64,000 bases of DNA from NCBI GenBank assembly GCA_015680685.1, contig MNCI01002109.1, positions 66,370 to 130,369 of the forward strand, read 5' to 3'. Positions within the stretch are counted from its first letter, which is position 1, and every line of letters begins with the position of its first letter. This DNA is from Gnetum montanum. Lineage: Eukaryota; Plantae; Gnetophyta. A program made the position numbers and the translations under genes. The notes below the pieces were generated by a model. It was not told the origin of the DNA, did no database searches, and saw only the letters and a program-made list of their open reading frames with translations. Of this stretch, positions 1 through 14,300 are shown piece by piece.

Positions 1-3000
1 CATGATCAAGTCATACAAGCTTAATGTTATGTTCTTCTATTTGAGTGCTTACTTAACCTAGGCTAATGCATCCATGAATTCTTTGCCATCGGTTGTGTTT
101 TTACTAGCTTTGACTTCTTCCATACACCCTAAGAGACAAATTTGGCAGAGAAGTGACTTGGGCTTTATTAACTTGGCCTACACAAGGGCCTCAGTGCTTG
201 GTTGTGAGTTTCTAGTGGTGGCCTTCTCAAAAATTTTGGCCATAGGAATCAAAGATATAAGGATCAACTTTGGAAAACCCAACACCCTTTTCTCTTGACA
301 TTACTTAATCATTCTATCTATGAGACACTCATTGGACCTCTAGGGTTTCCACCTAAAGGGTCTATTAATGTTGCTAGTAGGAATGGCCCTTGGATGGAAA
401 GGGACCAATATGTTTCCCACTACTAGACTCCAAGTAAGTAAGGAGTCAGCATGTTGTGGCACCTTGACGAAAAAGGGTGGCTAAACTGTCATTGTTATGA
501 CATGTTGTGAGATCCTAATCACAAAGGGAGTTGTAGGTGCTTGAGGTGGCATTCTAATGATGAAAGGAGGCCTCAAACCCATGGGGGCTATAGATGCCCT
601 TGTGCTACCAAAGGGCACATGGACCACTAATGGTTGTTGCACTAGTTCCAAGTTGTCATCAATGTTGATAGCATTTATAACACCATATATATTTAGAGGG
701 TCCTTGTACACCCTCGTGGATTGATTTTGAGGTCTAACCAGGTTAGTAGCATCAAGTACCAGCTCACCTTATCAATCATTCTTTGGAAGTCATCTTGTAG
801 TGCTATGCAAAAATCAGTGTTGTGACCATGCAACTAGTGGTAGTGGCAAAACTGGTTCATTCTAAAGTGTTTCAGGACCAAAGGCTCATTTGGTGCTACC
901 GAAGTAGAATTCTTTAGGAGCTCGCAATATCTATTGTATCTTTTGCAAGCATCTTTGGACATCTACTTGTACTGGATACATCTAGCCTTCAACTATTGGT
1001 CCAATAGTTTTGAAAGTTTTAATGGTAGTGGGGTGTACTTGGAGTGATCAATGTGCTCAAAGTTAGGCCTTGGAGAAGCTTCTGGTATGGCCACTAGTGA
1101 CATGGACTAGTTAGTTTCTATAATGCTAGGGTTGGTGATTTTGTTGCTGCCTGTTATCCTCAAGTGGCCTACCCATTGGCCTCAAGTTGGTTTTTTAGGC
1201 CTCTTTGGCCATAGTCACCATGGTTGCATTCTACTTTCCTTTATCCTTGTCCTTCCTTGCATGCAAGTTGTGTAGGGCATGTAGGCCTAGCCTTTATTGG
1301 CTTCAGTAGCATCCTATATGCTCTTAGTCTGGTCAAAGGCTTGGCTTAAAGACTACAGGCCCAAGTAGTACAGTTTTAACTTTATGAAGTCATTAATTGC
1401 ACCCTTAAATATGGCTAGGAGGTGTGTTTTGGCTATTGGCTCTCGTATTTCATTTAACAAGGCACTCTAGTGTTGGATGAATTTTTGTACAGGCTCTAGG
1501 TGGCCCTGCTTGATTTACATATGTTGATCCAGGGTGGTTTCTGACTTCAAGTTGTACTTGAAGTACATCATGAATTAGCTCACGAGATCCTCTAAAGAGA
1601 AGCTAGAGCTTCTTGGTAATGTGTAGTACCAATCTAGCACCTTGCTAGTTAGTGACATGGTAAACACTCACATGATGACATGTAGTCATGCCTACAACAG
1701 CAAACACTCTAACCTAAATATAACTAGATGTGTGTTGGGGTTTCCCTCACCATTGTACTTTGTGAACTAAGGCAATGAGACCTTGACTAGGAGAGTTAGC
1801 AATGGAACCATAGGACTGATAGGGTCATCCTAGTAAAATTCCAAAACTTTGATGGTTTTGAAGGAGGAAAACTTGAGTTTCTTCACCTCTCCCATTAGGT
1901 TTTGAATCAACTGGAATGCTTGGTCTAAGTTGTGAGATGTTCAAGCTAGCTATGCTAGTTGTGCGACTTGTTGTTAGACTAACTATGTGGTTCATGGCCT
2001 TGTTGTGGGTTGTGGAATCATCAAATGGGGTCGATGTGTGGGTCATGCTATAGGGACAATGATCAAGGCAAGTGATGCATACATGGGTTGGGTTGATGCC
2101 AGGGGCATTGATGAGATAGGTAGGATGTAGGATGCTTGAGTCACGTGAGGCCTGGAGATGGGCCTATGTGGAAGTGTGGTTGAGTTGATGTGATTACGCT
2201 GGGTAGCAATGGTTGGATGAGTGGCAGTGATGCCACAAAGGGCAAGCTTAAGGAAGCTAGCACATTAGGATGTGTCTAGTGTGTTGCTATAATAGGCATT
2301 GATCTAGATGGTGACGCTGGTGCTATGACCATCTCAACAAGAACGAGTGAACGGAACTATGCAAGAGCTAGTCCAGGGGTCACTCACTGGAAGATGGTAT
2401 GAAAGGAACCCTATGCTCAAATCAAGCTTTGAAATCATCTTGTTCTTCCTGCAGGGGTTCTTCGTAGTCTATCCCTACTTCATGCTCACTTATTTGGATG
2501 AGCTAGGCTAGCATCCACCAGTAGGGCACTATGAGTGGGATGATGTCAAGTGAGGAGGGGATGTAGTCCTATTTTTTCCAATGGATAAGTTCATAGCCTT
2601 ACTTTTCTTCCATGTCTAAGTGATCTATGAATAGCCTTGCTTGAATCTTTTCACAAATGAAGTTGTATTATTCATCACTTAGTTAGTGCGTTGTACTTCA
2701 GATCTTGCCCATGTAGCCTAAGGGATTATCTTGGTTCTACCATTATAGGATTCCCAAGGTTGTCAATCCTCATCTCTTGTTGAAAATTCAAGATGATGAG
2801 TGTGCTTAGGATTGACATTGAAGGCTATTCAGAATTCATAAATGTAGATCAAATTGCAAGAGGGAAGGACAAGAGTTGTTGAGTGCAAAAATGACCAACT
2901 CTAGTGACTATGTTATCTACGTTGAGAGTTGACTATGCACTCTACACTAAGGACCAACTACACTCTCATTGATAGTGTCAAGAATTTGATTAACTATGGG

Positions 3001-3674
3001 AATGTGTGCTCTGGGGTTGCTATGTGGGGTTTCAAGAGAATCAATGATAGGGTCCAATCTACACCAACCAATTAGTAGATAATGCTTACATTGGTCTAAG
3101 ATCCAACTACTACCATGCATGTAGCAAGTCCACATGGGTGCTATGGTCTATGCTAGCCCAAAGCTAACAGCAGTGATGTAGAAAGCATGCAAGACAACCA
3201 CCAATGGAGTCTAAAAGAAAAACTAGTTATAGCCCTCCTTCTAGCACTAGAAACTATTGCAATTAAAAAAGTCAATGACTAGAACACTGAGGTCAATGGG
3301 AATATAAACTAACCTTAATTTCTCATGAGGGCCTACTAGAGGTGGAGACAAGGTGTCCTAAATAGTCTTGTCAATCAAAAAAGAACTTACTGGATGCAAC
3401 CAGGGTGTAACATGGTTAGCTACAAGGCTAATGTGAAATGGTGCTAAGTGTTCAAGTGGTGTCAACGGTGTCAATGGGGTCAAGTGTAGTTAAGTTTTTC
3501 ACAAAAATGAGGATTCCAACATGCGGGGCTTGCAACATAAGAGTATTTTGAGGCATGGCTCTGCGATGAAATAACAAAAAATGCAAAGAAAGAGAGACAG
3601 AGAAATAGAACACCACCCCAAATGGGGTTGAGTGTAGTTAACACCGAAAGGGATTAGAAGGTACATGGTGTACA
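1..3674 (-). mobile_element. Degraded Ty3/gypsy (Tat/Ogre-like) element: gag plus upstream region, apparently inserted into accessory-ORF copy 1
   Basis: Minus-strand translation around 1800-1550 gives P*FTKYNGEGNPNTHL..F..VFTMSLTSKVLDWYYTLPRSS (retrotransposon gag core). Around 850-800 it gives FCHYH*LHGHNTDFC, a Tat/Ogre-type CxYHxxxGHxTxxC knuckle. Many stops. The right end TGTACACC (reverse complement, at 3674) coincides with the start of accessory-ORF homology. Confidence 0.7.
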
Positions 3675-6012
3675 ACAAGGGGGAAGATGCAAAAGTAAAC
3701 ATCGAAGGAGTCTCAATCTCCTATTCTGTTAAGGTGATAGTTGAAGCCCTTAATGTACCTAATGAAGGGGCAAAAGTAGCACAACTTTTCACTAGATTAG
3801 ATGCAAAAACAAGAAAGTTGTGGTTGCAAAGAGCATATGACAAAGAGTACAATGATCTAACTCTTGAAGAAATAATCTACTTCAAAATTGGCACATATCA
3901 CCTATTTCCCACAAAAATATTAAATAGACTATCAACATATGTTGCTAGGATAAGTGCAATCTTAATGGGAAAACTTAAGATAAACATTACACACCTCTAT
4001 TCTCTTGAGATCCAATGATGGTTTGAACAAAAAAGGTAGGAAAGTTGATACTTCCATTCCCTTACCTCATCAAGAAGCTGTGCAAATGTGTTGGAATCCT
4101 AGGGCACACCAATGACGTCCCTAGGAAAGCTTAGAATACTTCTTATGTTGAAATGCTTAAGCCAGCAACACCAAAAAAGGACTAGATGGAAGAATAAACA
4201 CACACTAGGGAAACCACCCAAACTACTATGCAAAATTAACAAGTAAGATCCAGTGAGCAATAGCAAGAACAATAGAAGTAGCAAGTTCCACCATTACCAT
4301 CATAAGATTATAGGCCATTAATAAGTCATCTGTAACAAATTGCAGAGGCCATTAATTGGGGAATCCATGAGGAGGCTAATTTGTATAAAGTCATTGATAG
4401 TGCCATTCAACCAACAATCTCCATAGACCCTGCTAGTGGACAAATCTCATTATAGTTAGGATGAGTGAAGCAATGGTCACAATAGATTTATGAAAATGCT
4501 ACATCATTCTAAGTGGTGCTAGAAATAGGAGAAGGAGCCACGTTGTGGTTATGCAACACTAGGAGGTAGCAGGAGCTACGAAAGTGATCACAAATCATAT
4601 AAAAGAATCCTTCAATGTACTTTTTGTACTGCCAGATGATCTTTTTGAAGCTAGAGATGCTCAAATGCTAGCTGGTATCTCAATGACTCCTACTAATCAT
4701 GAAGATGTGCTAGACCAACTACTGTAGACAAGGCAAGTCATGACAAACCTTTTTGACAGCCAAATCGATGTCACTGTAGTGAAATTAGAACTCATTACAA
4801 CTAAGGGTAAATTGGTCATGGTAGAGACTAGGGAAGAGCATGCAAAAAATGAAGTTCATAGATTATAGGAAGAGCTCATAATCCTAAGGGCAGAATAGAG
4901 AGATTCTACTCAATTCATTATGCATGACTAGCTAAAGCAATTTAAAACAAAGAAAATTAATTACCTCATGGAGCATAATAAGCAAATGGAGAATGAGAAG
5001 GAGAAAGTAGTGTGGAATGCCTTAATAGAAAAATCATAGACATATGCACATGCTAAGGCACTCACCGCAATATAAGAAGAAAATAAACAACTTGCTACAA
5101 ATAATGCTAGGTTGATCAATGTAGAGAAGAAAAAGAATGTCCTTGAAGAAAGCATCCATCAATTAAGAGAACAACTGATGAAGGTCAACTAGGATATGAG
5201 CCACCTTACATGAGAAAATAAAATCCTCTCAATGGAGGAGGTACACGCCATCTGATAAAAATCAACCATTGAAATAAGTGTGTGGTAAAATAAAGCAAAG
5301 AGGCATGAAAGGCTCAAAGAGCATTTCCGTGATCAAGTGGACATATACAAATAAATTAATAAGAAGGAAATCCATATGGAAAAGGCCTAGATCAACTCCA
5401 TTTTCTCACAGAATCCAAATCGGTAGCCCATCCTAGATAGCTATGCTCATGTCCACCAATCAGAGATTAAAAACAAAGACCTGCAAATAGAATATTTATA
5501 GAATACATGGGGTTAGAAAACCTATGATATGTTAACTTGGCCATGTTAACACTAGGTAAGCCTAGAAATGAGCTAGAATAGCAAGTAGCAGCCATGTATG
5601 CATTATACGAGAAGGAATTTGCTAATCGTAAGAATGTTTTAAAGAAGCTTCAAGTGGAAAATTTTGAGCTAGAAATAGTGAAGGTTGGCTAACAAGGGTA
5701 GAAAGATGTTATAGAAAACCTAGCTAAAAGAATGTCTAATTATTAGAAGTTATGCAAGATGGCCATGACATTCAAAGAAGTGAGGAGGCAGTTTGTGGCA
5801 TGGTACATTAAGGCCAATAAGATGTTTTTGTTATTGTCATGCCCATGGGATGTACTAGCTCCATCACAGATTACACAATCAACATGGATGGTACATGATC
5901 CCAAATTGGAGTAAGAGAAACTTCAAGTGCTACTCAACAGATATAAATTTAGAAGCCTAATGACAAGGGGAAGTAACCAAAGGAGGAGCCACCACCACCT
6001 AGCACTACGTAG
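3675..6012 (+). pseudogene. Athila-type accessory ('env-like') ORF, copy 1, 5'-truncated
   Basis: Collinear protein homology with 7079-9851 and 61368-64000: YFKIGTYHLFP, L.FP.LI.KL, SFQV.L..GEG, HIKESFNV and a long coiled coil, ending in EEPPPPSTT*. Followed by a PPT and an LTR. Confidence 0.8.
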
Positions 6013-6193
6013 GCTACATAGAGCTTCATCAGCTTGTTTTGTTTTGGTTAAATTTCTTTTTTCATAACTTGTGTCAATTTTATAAACACTACTATGACAT
6101 TTAGTGTCATGTAAGTCTACCTTCCAATTTTGTAAAGGACTTTATCCTCATTTTTTAAACTCAAGGATGAGTTTCCAATTAGTTGTGGGGGTA

Positions 6194-6990
6194 TGATAAA
6201 GTCAATTTGTCTTTAGATATAATATCATATATCGAATATCACAAAATCTGTGTAGCCTATAAATAAAACACTTAGGTTCATGGGTCCACATAGTTTTTCA
6301 TCCCAAAGTAACATAACTCTTTCAATTTTTTTGCATAATCTAGTACTCAGAAGTGTGAATGCTCATAGTGTAGTGTGACTTAGTGAACGAAGTCTTTATT
6401 CGAACATCTTGTACTTGGGCACAAATGTGACTGGCAATAAAGATTGAGCTATTTCATACTATTACAACATTCTCCTAGTTTTCTATTTTACTTAGCATAA
6501 TGATTACTATTTTCCTATTTAATGTTTTACTATTCCATGCACTTTACTATTATTATTGTTATTAAGTGGAATAAGTATAATTTCTTAGTAATCCATTAGT
6601 GCTATCACTTGGTACACCTAGTAGTAGTAAACTTGATATCCCAATGGTAGTTACACAAGGTCTAAGGTGTGTACAAAAGATCAGGAATGTATGCTCATTG
6701 TCATAGGCTAGAATAGATTTTTTTAATTGTTTTACTTAGAGTTAGAAACTACTTTCATTCTCATTATGTTTGCTAGGAGTAACAATGGCCTACCAACATC
6801 AAATATCATGTACCTCACTATGAGCTAAACCATACATAGACTTCACTAACTTCATGTGGGAAGACAATGGTCTCAAACTTCAACTAATTGCTAGCATAAT
6901 TACATTGGCTCATCCATGAATTATGATCTGGTCGTGTGTGAACATTTGTGACTTGTATGGTTGGATGTTTGATTACTCCTCTGCTCATCA
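6194..6990 (+). repeat. Athila-like LTR (3' LTR of accessory-ORF copy 1)
   Basis: Preceded by CTCAAGGATGAGTTT..AGTTGTGGGGGTA (PPT). Starts TGATAAAG, TATAAAT near 6258, CTTTATT..AATAAAG hairpin near 6394-6442, ends GCTCATCA. Confidence 0.8.
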
Positions 6991-7078
6991 AGATCTAAGA
7001 TCCTGAGAGAGGATTATGAACTATTATGAACCTATTTGAAATCCTTAGGTAATCATAGATGTATTCTTTATGATAAAA

Positions 7079-9851
7079 ATGGCTATTAAGGGACCTGCAG
7101 TTGAAGGACCCTCATAACGAAGGGGTAAGCAACCCAAAGGTAGAGGATAAGCTAGAGAGTAAACTCTACAAGCTAACCAAGAGGCTCAGTCCTTTAGCAT
7201 TCATCAGTCTACACTTGCAATGGAGAAATCTACATAGGTTGAAGCTAAAGCACCACCTACTCAAGAGCAAGGACAAGGCCTCATATTGTCAAATGAGTGC
7301 CTCCAAGCTATCTAGGAAAAGTCTATCATGTCCACAGTCATTGTGGAACTCAACTTTAGACCATTCATGAAATTCACACTTGCTAATATCTAAGAGCAAC
7401 TCCAAGCCTCTCCTCTTTGGCCAATACTATCATGTAATGGTGAATGGTACCTAGGGAAAGTCTATCAATTTTGGAAGAATAAGTAAGATGATTCCATAGT
7501 CAAGATTGAGGGAATCATAGTAACCTACTTAGTTGAAGCAATTATCAAGGCACTACATCTTCCTAATATTGGAGCCAACATTGCAAAAAATATCTATAAG
7601 GTTTGACACTTATGCAAAGAAATTGTAGCTATAAAAGGCTTATGGAACAATAGATAAGGAATATAGTGAACTGTCCACAGAAGAAAATATTTACTTCAAG
7701 ATCAAGGCCTATCAAATTTTTCCCACCAAGAGACTAACTAGAATTTCCACTTATGCTACAAGAGGAAGTGTCATCCTCATGGAGAAATTCTAAGAAAATA
7801 TGACTTGTGTGCTATTTTTTAAAATCCAAAGGAGGTTTGAAGAAAAGAGGGCATGAAAACTCACTTTTCCATTCCCTTGTCTCATCAGAAGACTATGCAA
7901 GCATGCAAGAATTCAAGGCTATTCTAATGATGTTTTTTATAAAGTCAAGAATTCATTGTATACTAAGATCTCAAAGCTAGTGTCTTCCAAGAAAGATCAA
8001 CTAGAAAAGCTAGTAGGCACTAAAGGAGTTGTAGGATATACACCAGTAAGAAATGTTCCAGCTGTGGAACAAGAGCAAGTGGAACCTAGTGAGTCAACAG
8101 CAGCTGGTGATAGACTAAGATCAAGAAATGCACTAGCACAGTAGGATTATAAACCATTCATGAGCCATTTGTACAAAATGACTAAAATCATAATTTGGGG
8201 AAACAGAGAGGTCTCAAGCATGTACATAGTAAGGGACAACCCAAGTATACCTACAACATCAACAAGATGCATCAATGGTCAAGTCTTATTGCAAGAAAAA
8301 GGAGATGAGGATTGGACACAAAAAATATCTAGGAATGCTACATCATTTCAGGTTATGCTTGAAATAGGAGAAGGAGTCACAGTCAGGGTCATGCAACATT
8401 AAAATACAATAGGAGCAACTAAAGTAATTACATGTCATATTAAAGAATTCTTTAATGTTCCTATCCTACCATTGACTAATATAATTGGAGCTAGCGATGT
8501 TGAAACAATAGCCAAAATCTCCATGATCCTACAAGAGCATGAATATATCTTAGATTGATTACTGTAGACTAGATAAGTGATGCAGAACCTTTTTGATATC
8601 CCTAGTGATATCATTGTAGTATAGTTAGAACTTATTTCAACTAAGGGCAAGATAATAATGATAGAGACTAGATTTGAACATGTAGAGAATGAAGTGTAGA
8701 GGTTACAAGTAGAGTTAGCTATACTAAGAGTAGAAAAACAAGACCTTGCATGATACATTGTGTCAAACTAGCTAGAAAAATTCTAAACTAAAAAAATAAC
8801 CCAATTGGTGGCCAAAAATATTTAAGTTGAGATGAAAAAAGAAAAGTCAACATTAAATGCCTCAACGGCTAAAGCCCAAACATATGCTTATGTCAAAGTC
8901 CTAACTACCATAGAAGGGAAGAACAAAAAGATTGTCATGGAAAATATGAGGTTGATGAATATTGAGAAACAAAAGAATGTTCTAGAAGAAAACATCCATT
9001 AACTAAGAGAGTAGTTTGCTAAAGTTAACCTCGACATGTGAAAAATAGTTAGAGAAAATAGAGTCTTATTAATGGAAGAGGTTCATGCAATCTAACAAAA
9101 GTTAGCCATCGAAATTAGTGCATGGAAAAATGAGGCCAAGAAGCATGAAAGGCTAAAAGTGCACTTCAAAGATCAAGTGGGCATGTACAAGAAGATAAAT
9201 AAGAAAGAAATCTAGGTGGCCAAAGCTAAAATCAACTCCATCACAACACAAATACCTAATTGGCAGTCAATCCTAGATGGTCTTGTCCACATACATTAAG
9301 CAAAAATTAAGAATAAATACCTACAAATAGAGGATATAACTTCATACATGGGATGAGCAATCCTTTAGTATGCTAATCTAGCCATGATTATAGTAGGCAA
9401 GCTTGAAAATGAACTAGACTAGCAAGTGGCCTCAGTATATGCACTATATGAAAAGGAGTTTGTAGACAGGAAGGATGCACAACAAAAGCTACATACTGCA
9501 AACTTCAAGCTCCAAGTGATCAAGGCTAGCTATGAGAATCTAATGGACATAGCAACAAATCTAGCTTGTAGGATGATAGACTATTAAGAATTGAGGAAGA
9601 TAGCTAGAGCATTTAAGGAAGAAAGAAGGCAGTCCATAGCCCAGTACATCAAAGTGAACAAAATGTTTCTACAATTGCAATGTTCATGGGAAGTACTAAT
9701 TCCAGCAAGTATTGCTGAATTTGCTTGGATGGCATTTGATTCAAGATCAGAGGAAGCAAAAATTTGGGTGTTACTTAACATATACCAATTTCAAAAGCCC
9801 AATGACAAAGGAAAGAGATAGATGAAGGAGCCATCATCACCTGGAACATGA
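7079..9851 (+). pseudogene. Athila-type accessory ('env-like') ORF, copy 2, about 920 codons with stops and frameshifts
   Basis: ATG at 7079 (MAIKGPAVEG...), ends KEPSSPGT* at 9851. Homologous along its length to copies 1 and 3. PPT at about 10050-10083. Confidence 0.8.
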
Positions 9852-11240
9852 GGCTACATCGAGATTTGAAGTTTTATTTTTCTTTTTGCCTTGTCATATG
9901 CGTTGATCATGCAATGCATGATAATTTTGTAAACATCACTCAAACCACAATGCAACATTCATAGTAGAGTCAATAATGTATATAAGTCATGATGTCAAAT
10001 TATGTAAACAACCACATAATTTTGTAACTCTATCCTCCTTTTGTTTTAACTCAAGGAAGAGTTTCTAGTTAGTTGTGGAGGTATGATAAAAACAATAGTG
10101 TTAATAACTACAATATCATAGCCTTGCTTACATCATCATATATGTGATGTAGTGGGTCCTAGTCTCCATTATAAATACCAACCTATTGTTTTATCAAACA
10201 AAGAATCTTTCATAAACATTTAGGCCAATTATTGTAGTTTTTTTTCATGATTTAGACTTGGCAATAGAGTGAATGCTAGCATGTGATGTGAAATAGTTGT
10301 ACCGAATCTTTATTCAAGTGGATTATTCTTAGGCATAATTCATGATCAGAAATAAAGATCAAGATTTTTTTCCACCATTGCAACATTCTACTTAGCTCAA
10401 TTTTACTTCACTTTTACTTAGTTTAAGTTTACCTATTGATGGGATGTGATATAGCATGGGTCGCAATATCACGTATGCGATATTGCGTCTTCCCCTGCAA
10501 TATCGCATACACGATATTGCAATGCACCATCATATCTATAAATAAGAGGCAACTCTCCCTTGTTTCATCATCCTAGGCTAGACAGTAGGGAACCTCTGGC
10601 AGATTGATCACTCCAGAGATAGAATATTTTCCATGTGCCTGCAGTAAGAGTCCTAAAGTGAACAGATCTTTATTCAAGCAAACATTGTACCTGAACACAA
10701 GTTTGTGTGCGGCAATAAAGAGGAGCTTCTTGGATAAACCTTGTAGTACATGGAATAGGCTAATTAGGATTTTCTTTATTGTTATTTAATTATTTTATTA
10801 TCTCTCGCAACCCTTCTCTCCTAGTTAAGTGCCTCAGTACAACCACTTCGAGCACATGCGTTACGCTTGGTGATCCTAGCAATGATTAGCGTTTGGTAGC
10901 CAAGGTTGCATCGGTTCAAGATGTGTACGGTAAGTGGGAATGGATGCTGATGCTAGGTTAATTTAGACTTAGTTCATTAGTTAGAGTTAGTAATTAGTTT
11001 CTCTACCCTTCACCTTATTAGCATAGGAGACAAAAACATAAAAACTATAAAAATGATATACCTCAGACTTGCTTAACCATACACCGTGACAACTACAAGT
11101 AAGTCTGGGAAAACAACAAATGATTAACCCTAAGTGTTCCACGAGGCATGTAGGCATTTAGTCTATGGAGTTCGACCGGATCGTGTGTGCTACGCTCATA
11201 TTCATATGGTTGAGTGTAGGGGTATCTTGCCACTCAACAT

Positions 11241-11258
11241 TGGCGTCGTTGCCGGGGA
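11241..11258 (+). promoter_or_regulatory. Primer binding site, tRNA-Asp type (Athila)
   Basis: TGGCGTCGTTGCCGGGGA 1 nt after the LTR end. Matches the Athila PBS TGGCGCCGTTGCCGGGGA with one mismatch. Confidence 0.85.
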
Positions 11259-11316
11259 CTAAGTGTTTGTGAGTCAAGTAGAACATAGGATATCACTCAC
11301 ATCGTTGGGAGCCTAA

Positions 11317-14300
11317 ATGAACCTTCAGGTTAATTAACAGAAAAATTTATATAACGGTGAGATAGCACACTGATAAATAACAATTTCTTCTTCTAACAAA
11401 AGCAACTCACCACCTAGGGATAATACAAGAAACAGTCAGTAATCAAAAACACATAACCAAAATCAACCAAGTCCTCAACAATACCAAATAGTCTATACTC
11501 ATCCCGATGAGTATATTCCATACTTTACCTTTATCCTCCATCAAGACGAATAGCTGTGATGGAGAGATTTGCAAGGTAACATTGTGTTACCCTCAAATCG
11601 ATCAGTTCCAAACATGCTTCTTCGTGCTTTGGCACAGATAGGCATGATAGAATTATATGCTGAATATGTTGTAGAAGAATTTGACATGAGGGATTATCAT
11701 CCCACAGAAGCACAACGTATCAGGGACTCATAGCAGGAGAGCCAACATACACTGTTGAAGGGTAAAGGTCTGCACGTCCTTGGTGAAATAGGAGATGGTG
11801 AACCCATTATAACGGGTTCTCTATCAAATGATGTTTCCCCTCCTAATGATCGTGAGGAGGTGGGGTATCAGAACTTAAGCTCAACGATACATAACACTGG
11901 TTCTGATCCCCGTGAACACCAACTATTCACAGAGGGAACAACAACTCATGATAAGGATGGGCACTTAGATCATCATCATGATCAGGGCCATAGCAGCCGA
12001 AGAGAAGGTAAGAAGCACCATCATGGCGATGGTTCCCCTTCTTCTTCTCCTTCATCTCATCACTCACCCTCTCCTTCCAGATCTGGGCACAGCCATCATG
12101 AACATAACGGTGAGGATACAGGTAGAAAAAATGAGAGACCTCAATAGGAAAGTCGAGAGAGAGGACAAGGGCATGCATGAAGGGAAAGTAGGAAGCAACG
12201 AAGACATCACAGGCATCATGAAAGAAATAATCATGACGAGCCCCTACTCGCAACCTGAAGTATGCTCGATATCACAGAGGTAGTAAGAATTCCAACAAGG
12301 CATCAAAAGGATAGTCAAATCAAATGCTTAGACATTAACAATATTCCATGCTTTGAGGGGGAATATAACTCAGATCCACAACATCATTTACAAGCATTCC
12401 ATGATGCCTGTGCCTTGCAGAACATAGAAAATGAGTGGCAAAAACTTAAGTTGTTTCCCAGGACACTCACCAAAGAAGTAGAGAGTTGGTACTGGTCCTT
12501 AGAACCAGAAACCATCAAGAGGTGGAGTACGATGTTAGAACTCTTCAATGATAAGTATCAAACATACTCCAGAGTGTCTAATTTGCGTAAGCAGATCCAA
12601 ATATGAAAGCAAGGTACTTATGAACCCTTGGATGTTGCCATGGGCCGCTACTACGCATTGTTACATCATTGCCCAGGCCATGGATATGCTCAACGGGACC
12701 AACTTTTCCACATCGTAGATGGGCTCAGACATGAAACTAGGAGAATCCTTGGGACTTATGCCCAAGTGAAACTATCAGAACTTAGAGCCCATGAAGTACA
12801 TCGCTTGTTGGAGCAAGTAGCAAAAGAAGAAGGTGAGCTACGCAAAAGGGAAAGTGCGGAAGAATACAATTGTGATCCCTCCCTTCAGAAGAAGGGAGTA
12901 AGATTTTGTGATGAGGAGGATGATTCATCACTCGAAGAGTTGGTGAACCAAAAAACCTTGCCAATTCAAAAACTAACAATAGAAGTATCGGCTAAGGTAG
13001 ACCAACTATGGGATTCCTTAGACTCTAGACTTAAAACAGTCTTGAAAATCGTAGAAGAGTCTAAGGTGGAACGAAGTAGTGACAAAGGTAAGACAAAGTG
13101 GAGATATTTAGGCCCTACACATAACAAGGGTAAGCGGTAAATTACTATCTCTGATGAAGTTGTGGACTCAAACACAGACGATGACGGTGGATGTGAGATC
13201 TTCCAATATGATCATCCTAAGGGATGTTGTCCAATCATCTCACATCTACAGGAGTCTGGGGTGTATGCACTTAATCCAAGACTTAACCAATGGAAGACAC
13301 CCCAAAGGTTACCCTATCCACAAGGTAACCCAAGGTAGTTCCACCAATCCTTAACATACTATCCAAGTGGAACTCCACCACAACCCATCGAACAGAATCA
13401 ATAGTGGCAATACCCACAGTCATGGGGGATGCCACCGTTGGCACAACAGTACCCTTACTGGCAGCCAGACCCATATGGATATTATGTGCAGCAGCTGGTT
13501 TCTCCAAGTGACTCTATGGGTCACACAACTCCCCAATGTCACTACCAAGTTCGAGAGTACTTTAGGAGGACCCCTTCTCCTTCAGGAGACATTCCACATT
13601 CATCCCATCCTCCAAATCCATCTGCACCTCTTCCACCTATAGTTCCCATACCTCCTACTTCAACAATGCAAGGGGAACTCCCTACTCAACCACAGCAACG
13701 AAACGCTACGAGAGCAGTAAACATTCAACCCACTACTAGTTCTGACAACTGTAAAAAGAGAAGATCTTTCTTTAGAACCAGAAGCCTAGACAAGCTCTCA
13801 TAACAAGTGGTTGAGTCCACAAACACTCCTCCACCAAACAAAACTTCGAAGCACCCTTCAGTCCAACAACAAAGCTGTAGGCATATGGTTATGTTAACGT
13901 ATACCATAACCAACTGGATCAAGGTAGGCCACCTTCCCAGGAAACTATCTGACCCTAGGAGTCCCCTAATTTATTTAAAAATCACCAGGAACAAACATCA
14001 TAAGGCTCTTCTTGACTCAAGTTCCGGAGTCAACTTAATTTCACAAGAAATGTATCAAGCCTGGAACCTTCCCTAACTTAAGAAGAGCAACATTCAACTA
14101 GAGCTAGTTGACCAGTCCATCACCATTCCCTTGGGATTGGTGGAGGACATAGTTACCACTGTGTGTGGTTGGTCATACCTAGTCGATTTCTTGGTGATTG
14201 AAGTTAACAACAACGAAGGGGACTTTCCAATCATAATGGGAGGGCCATGGCTAAGTATAGTAGATGTGTACCTAGGGATCCATGATCTTTCCTTGTAGAT

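Noticed and set aside
6991-7025. Possible non-canonical PBS after LTR 6194-6990
   Set aside because: Does not match any tRNA 3' end I can confidently identify.
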